64,000 nucleotides of DNA from Candidatus Falkowbacteria bacterium (GTDB lineage Bacteria; Patescibacteriota; Patescibacteriia; Patescibacteriales; WJLG01): assembly GCA_963747695.1 (NCBI GenBank), contig CAVVFV010000010.1, positions 69,618-133,617 of the forward strand. Direction: 5' to 3'. Below the pieces are notes generated by a model. The model was not told where the DNA came from and searched no databases. It saw nothing but the letters and a program-made list of their open reading frames with translations. The position numbers and the translations under genes were made by a program. How positions within the stretch are numbered: position 1 is the first letter of the stretch; each line of letters starts with the position of its first letter. Shown piece by piece: positions 61,032 through 64,000 of this stretch.

Positions 61032-64000
61032 TTATTTAATTTTAGCAGCTTGCAAGAAAATACTCAAATCAGAAATGTCGATTTTTCCGTCGCCGTTCAA
61101 GTCCGACCGCGGATCTTTTTTTTGCCAAAGAATCAGAAAAATACTCCAATCCTGCACGTCGATCTTCCCGTCATTATTGAAATCGGCGCTCGGCAAAGTG
61201 GACGAGGAAACGATAAAATTCCTGGTCAAGGAATATTCGCCGGCGACACCGGTAATATTATCGATCTGACGGACTTTAACCGTGTGGGTGCCGTAAGGCA
61301 GCGCCGCCGTATTGACGAGGATCTGATAGGCGCCGGCGGAATCGGAAGTGACGCTGTAAGTCTGGCCATTGTCCAAAAGTACCGTAACCTGGTTATTCGG
61401 CGCCGCATAACCGATCACCTTGATAAAATCTCCCCTGGTCAAAACCGAGCGTACGAGATCAATCGTCGGCGGAATGATTACCTTGTCGATTTCCACCGTC
61501 GTAAGATTGAAACTGACATTGAAGATCCGGGCTTGCGTCTCTCGTCCGTCTTTATCCTTGGCCAATAAGCTGAAAACATCGTCTCCGGCGGAAAAACCGG
61601 TAACCGTAATACTGAAACTGCCGTCGCTGGCAGCGCTGCCGGTTTCTTTCAAGACGTTCATCCCTTGGCTCACTTGCGAAACCAGAATCTGAGCGGCGGC
61701 AAAAGCTTCTCCTTTGATAGTCAGTGATAACGGCTGCGGAACCGAACGGCTGCTGACCGGCGCCGGTTGGCCGCCTGACGATCCGCCCACCGCCGCAAAT
61801 ATGACGTTTTGTATGGAACTGACATCAAGGCCGGTGGCCTCGGTGTCGGAGAGCGAAAGATTTACCGTTTCCGCGACCGCATCGGTGATAACTTTCACGC
61901 CAACGCCATTGACGATACTGACCAGTCCGCCGCCGCTGGCTGCGCCGCTGGTGACCAGCGTCACTCCTTGCTCGTAAGAATTGTCGACATTGCCCAAATT
62001 ATCCTGCGCCTCGATCTCCACGGCGATATGGTCGCCGGCTCTGCCGTTCGCCGGGTTGATGATGACGAATTTCGTGGCGGTCACCGGAATAAAAGTTACG
62101 GTAACCGAATCCGAGCCATCAACGATACCGGCGACTCCGTCGGGAGCGACTGAATTGTCCGAAGCAGTGACTGTCCAGATCCCGGCCGTATTGTCATAAT
62201 ACCAGAAATTTGCCGTTGAACTTGCATTGGCAATCGACACCGAAGTAATTTGACCGCCCAGCGTGGCCGCGTCAAAAAACTTGGTAGTCGTCCCGGTGGA
62301 ATTGGAATAAAGATACACGACATTGGTACCGGCGGTTACCGGATTAGAAAATTGATCGCGCCGCGAAACTTCGAAGCCGAGCCTGGTGCCCGCCGTCATA
62401 TTGCCCGGATTATTCAAAACAAATTCCGTGACCGCGCCGGACGCGACCGCCAAAACATCCTGGGCATCAAGGATGCCGGTCGGGCCGTCCGGAGCGGTTG
62501 AGTTGTCGGAAACCCTAATCTGCCAATTTCCCGATTTTTCATCATAGTACCAAAAATCCGCCGCGGAATTTCCCGGTGAAATATTAATCAAGCTAATCGC
62601 GCTGCCGCCAATCGCCGCATCATAAAACCTTTTGTTGATGCCGTTGGAATCGGAGTAAAGATAAACCGCGGTATTGCCGGTCGTGATCAGATTGCCGAAT
62701 TGATCTTCGCGCTTAACCGTATAATCAGCCCGAGTTCCGGCAACGATTCCCGCCGGATTACTGAGAATGAATTTATAAACCGGCCCGGCGGCAAAAACCA
62801 AATCCTGAGTCGAGCTGATATCCAGCCCGGTCGTTTGCGTGTCAGACAAAGAAAGATTAACCGTTTCCGCAACCGTATCCGTAATCACCGCCGTCCCCAC
62901 TCCATTGACGATATCCACCAACCCTCCGCCGGTGGCCGCGCCGCTGGCCAAAAGTGTTACGCCATTTTGATAAGAACCGTCGACATTATTATTATTGTCC
63001 ACTGCCTTGATGGTAACGTTGATATGGTCGCCGACCGTGCCATCGATCGGATTAACAATAATAAATTTAGTGGCGACGATCGGCACGGCTGAAACGTTAA
63101 CCGTGTCCGTGGCGTCAATGATGCCGGCTGCTCCGTCGGGCGCCGCGGAATTGTCTGAACCGGTTACCGTCCAAGCACCGACATTCTGATCAAAATACCA
63201 AAAATTTGTTTCAGAATTTCCATCAGTGATGCTAACCGAACTGACCGGGCTGCTGGTGCCGTCAGTCGAGTAGAAAATCGGAGCGGTCGGAGTAGAATTG
63301 GAAAAAAGATATACATTATCCTGGCCGGCAGTTACCAAATTAGCAAATTGATCCTCGCGCGTTACCGTATAACCCAATAATGTTCCGGCCGTCATATCGC
63401 CCGGATTATCCAAGAGATATTTATAAGTGGCCGCGGCCGATACGGTTACTGAAACCGAAGCATCGATAATTCCGGTAATACCGTCCGGTGCCGAGGAATT
63501 ATCAGAAGCCGTGATGGTCCAATTACCGGCCTTGTCATCATAATACCAAAACGCCGCGGTGGAAGATCCGTTGCCAAGCGCTGCCGAGGTGATTGCAGTG
63601 CCGGCGGCGGCCGCATCATAAAATTTATAATTTGCTCCGCTGGAATTGGAGTATAAATAAACGGTCTCGCTGGTAGAGGTGACGCTATTGCCATATTGAT
63701 CAAGACGGCTGACGAGATAGCCTTGTCTTGTCCCGGCGGTCATCCCACCGGGATTATTCAAAGTATATTGAGAAGTCGGTCCGGGTATTACTTCGATCGC
63801 CGCGGCAGCATCCTGGATTCCGGCGTTCCCGTCCGGAGCGATTGAATTATCGGAAGCGGTGATAATCCAGTTACCCGCCTTTTCATCATAATACCAAAAA
63901 CCGGCGGTCGTATTCCCGCTGCTGATGATGACCGAAGTAATTAGATTTCCATTGACTCCGGCATCATAAAAAGCCTGATGAACGCCATTGGAAGTTGAAT
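61032..64000 (-). CDS. Giant repeat surface protein ending in a type I dockerin (partial; N-terminus beyond right edge)
   Basis: The ORF-track start at 63761 is TTG inside a repeat. Hand translation of 63762-63998 stays open and continues the repeat (…FWYYDEKAGNWIITASDNSIAPDG…). The C-terminus is DFNNDGKIDVQDWSIFL...DLNGDGKIDISDLSIFL. Confidence 0.85.
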   Translation of the reverse strand, partial: STSNGVHQAFYDAGVNGNLITSVIISSGNTTAGFWYYDEKAGNWIITASDNSIAPDGNAGIQDAAAAIEVIPGPTSQYTLNNPGGMTAGTRQGYLVSRLDQYGNSVTSTSETVYLYSNSSGANYKFYDAAAAGTAITSAALGNGSSTAAFWYYDDKAGNWTITASDNSSAPDGITGIIDASVSVTVSAAATYKYLLDNPGDMTAGTLLGYTVTREDQFANLVTAGQDNVYLFSNSTPTAPIFYSTDGTSSPVSSVSITDGNSETNFWYFDQNVGAWTVTGSDNSAAPDGAAGIIDATDTVNVSAVPIVATKFIIVNPIDGTVGDHINVTIKAVDNNNNVDGSYQNGVTLLASGAATGGGLVDIVNGVGTAVITDTVAETVNLSLSDTQTTGLDISSTQDLVFAAGPVYKFILSNPAGIVAGTRADYTVKREDQFGNLITTGNTAVYLYSDSNGINKRFYDAAIGGSAISLINISPGNSAADFWYYDEKSGNWQIRVSDNSTAPDGPTGILDAQDVLAVASGAVTEFVLNNPGNMTAGTRLGFEVSRRDQFSNPVTAGTNVVYLYSNSTGTTTKFFDAATLGGQITSVSIANASSTANFWYYDNTAGIWTVTASDNSVAPDGVAGIVDGSDSVTVTFIPVTATKFVIINPANGRAGDHIAVEIEAQDNLGNVDNSYEQGVTLVTSGAASGGGLVSIVNGVGVKVITDAVAETVNLSLSDTEATGLDVSSIQNVIFAAVGGSSGGQPAPVSSRSVPQPLSLTIKGEAFAAAQILVSQVSQGMNVLKETGSAASDGSFSITVTGFSAGDDVFSLLAKDKDGRETQARIFNVSFNLTTVEIDKVIIPPTIDLVRSVLTRGDFIKVIGYAAPNNQVTVLLDNGQTYSVTSDSAGAYQILVNTAALPYGTHTVKVRQIDNITGVAGEYSLTRNFIVSSSTLPSADFNNDGKIDVQDWSIFLILWQKKDPRSDLNGDGKIDISDLSIFLQAAKIK

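Overview
This 64-kb segment is gene-dense, and every convincing gene except one (a CAP/SCP-domain protein, 40336..41013) lies on the minus strand. Its content suggests a small-genome bacterium using the standard genetic code, probably of the Candidate Phyla Radiation / Patescibacteria type. That placement is an inference from four things: a 23S rRNA split by a LAGLIDADG-encoding group I intron, a 23S-5S unit with no 16S or tRNA nearby, rRNA expansion hairpins, and heavy investment in surface and glycosylation proteins. In minus-strand transcription order (high to low coordinates) the window contains: a giant repeat adhesin ending in a dockerin, followed by a membrane-anchored cohesin protein; a PAS histidine kinase with two REC-only regulators; rpmF, nusB, rnc and pilT; the 23S(intron)-5S unit; an AT-rich three-gene cassette with PD-(D/E)xK-like nuclease motifs; UDP-sugar precursor genes; an EndoQ-like PHP nuclease; a polyprenyl-phosphate glycosylation operon; a DUF4012-like protein and mreB; glycosyltransferases; an S8 protease fused to FG-GAP repeats; a degenerate GspE/PilB-like ATPase next to a 1155-aa FG-GAP protein; a partial dcw cluster (mraY, ftsW, orphan ORF, frameshifted murG, murC, murB); and cca, Nudix, hpf, secA, Nudix, pgeF, an epimerase and a partial HD protein. 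The non-coding DNA is unusual in two ways. Most spacers are long AT-rich palindromes built from short words that recur as families, and a structured repeat of about 150-220 nt occurs three times with compensatory stem changes. The best candidates for something new are the AT-rich nuclease cassette (46217..47664), the structured repeat family, the cohesin/dockerin gene pair and the pseudo-ATPase/FG-GAP pair. All family assignments come from motif recognition by eye; no database search or folding program was run. The ORF track uses alternative start codons, so several starts were moved to the first ATG or to an SD-supported start.
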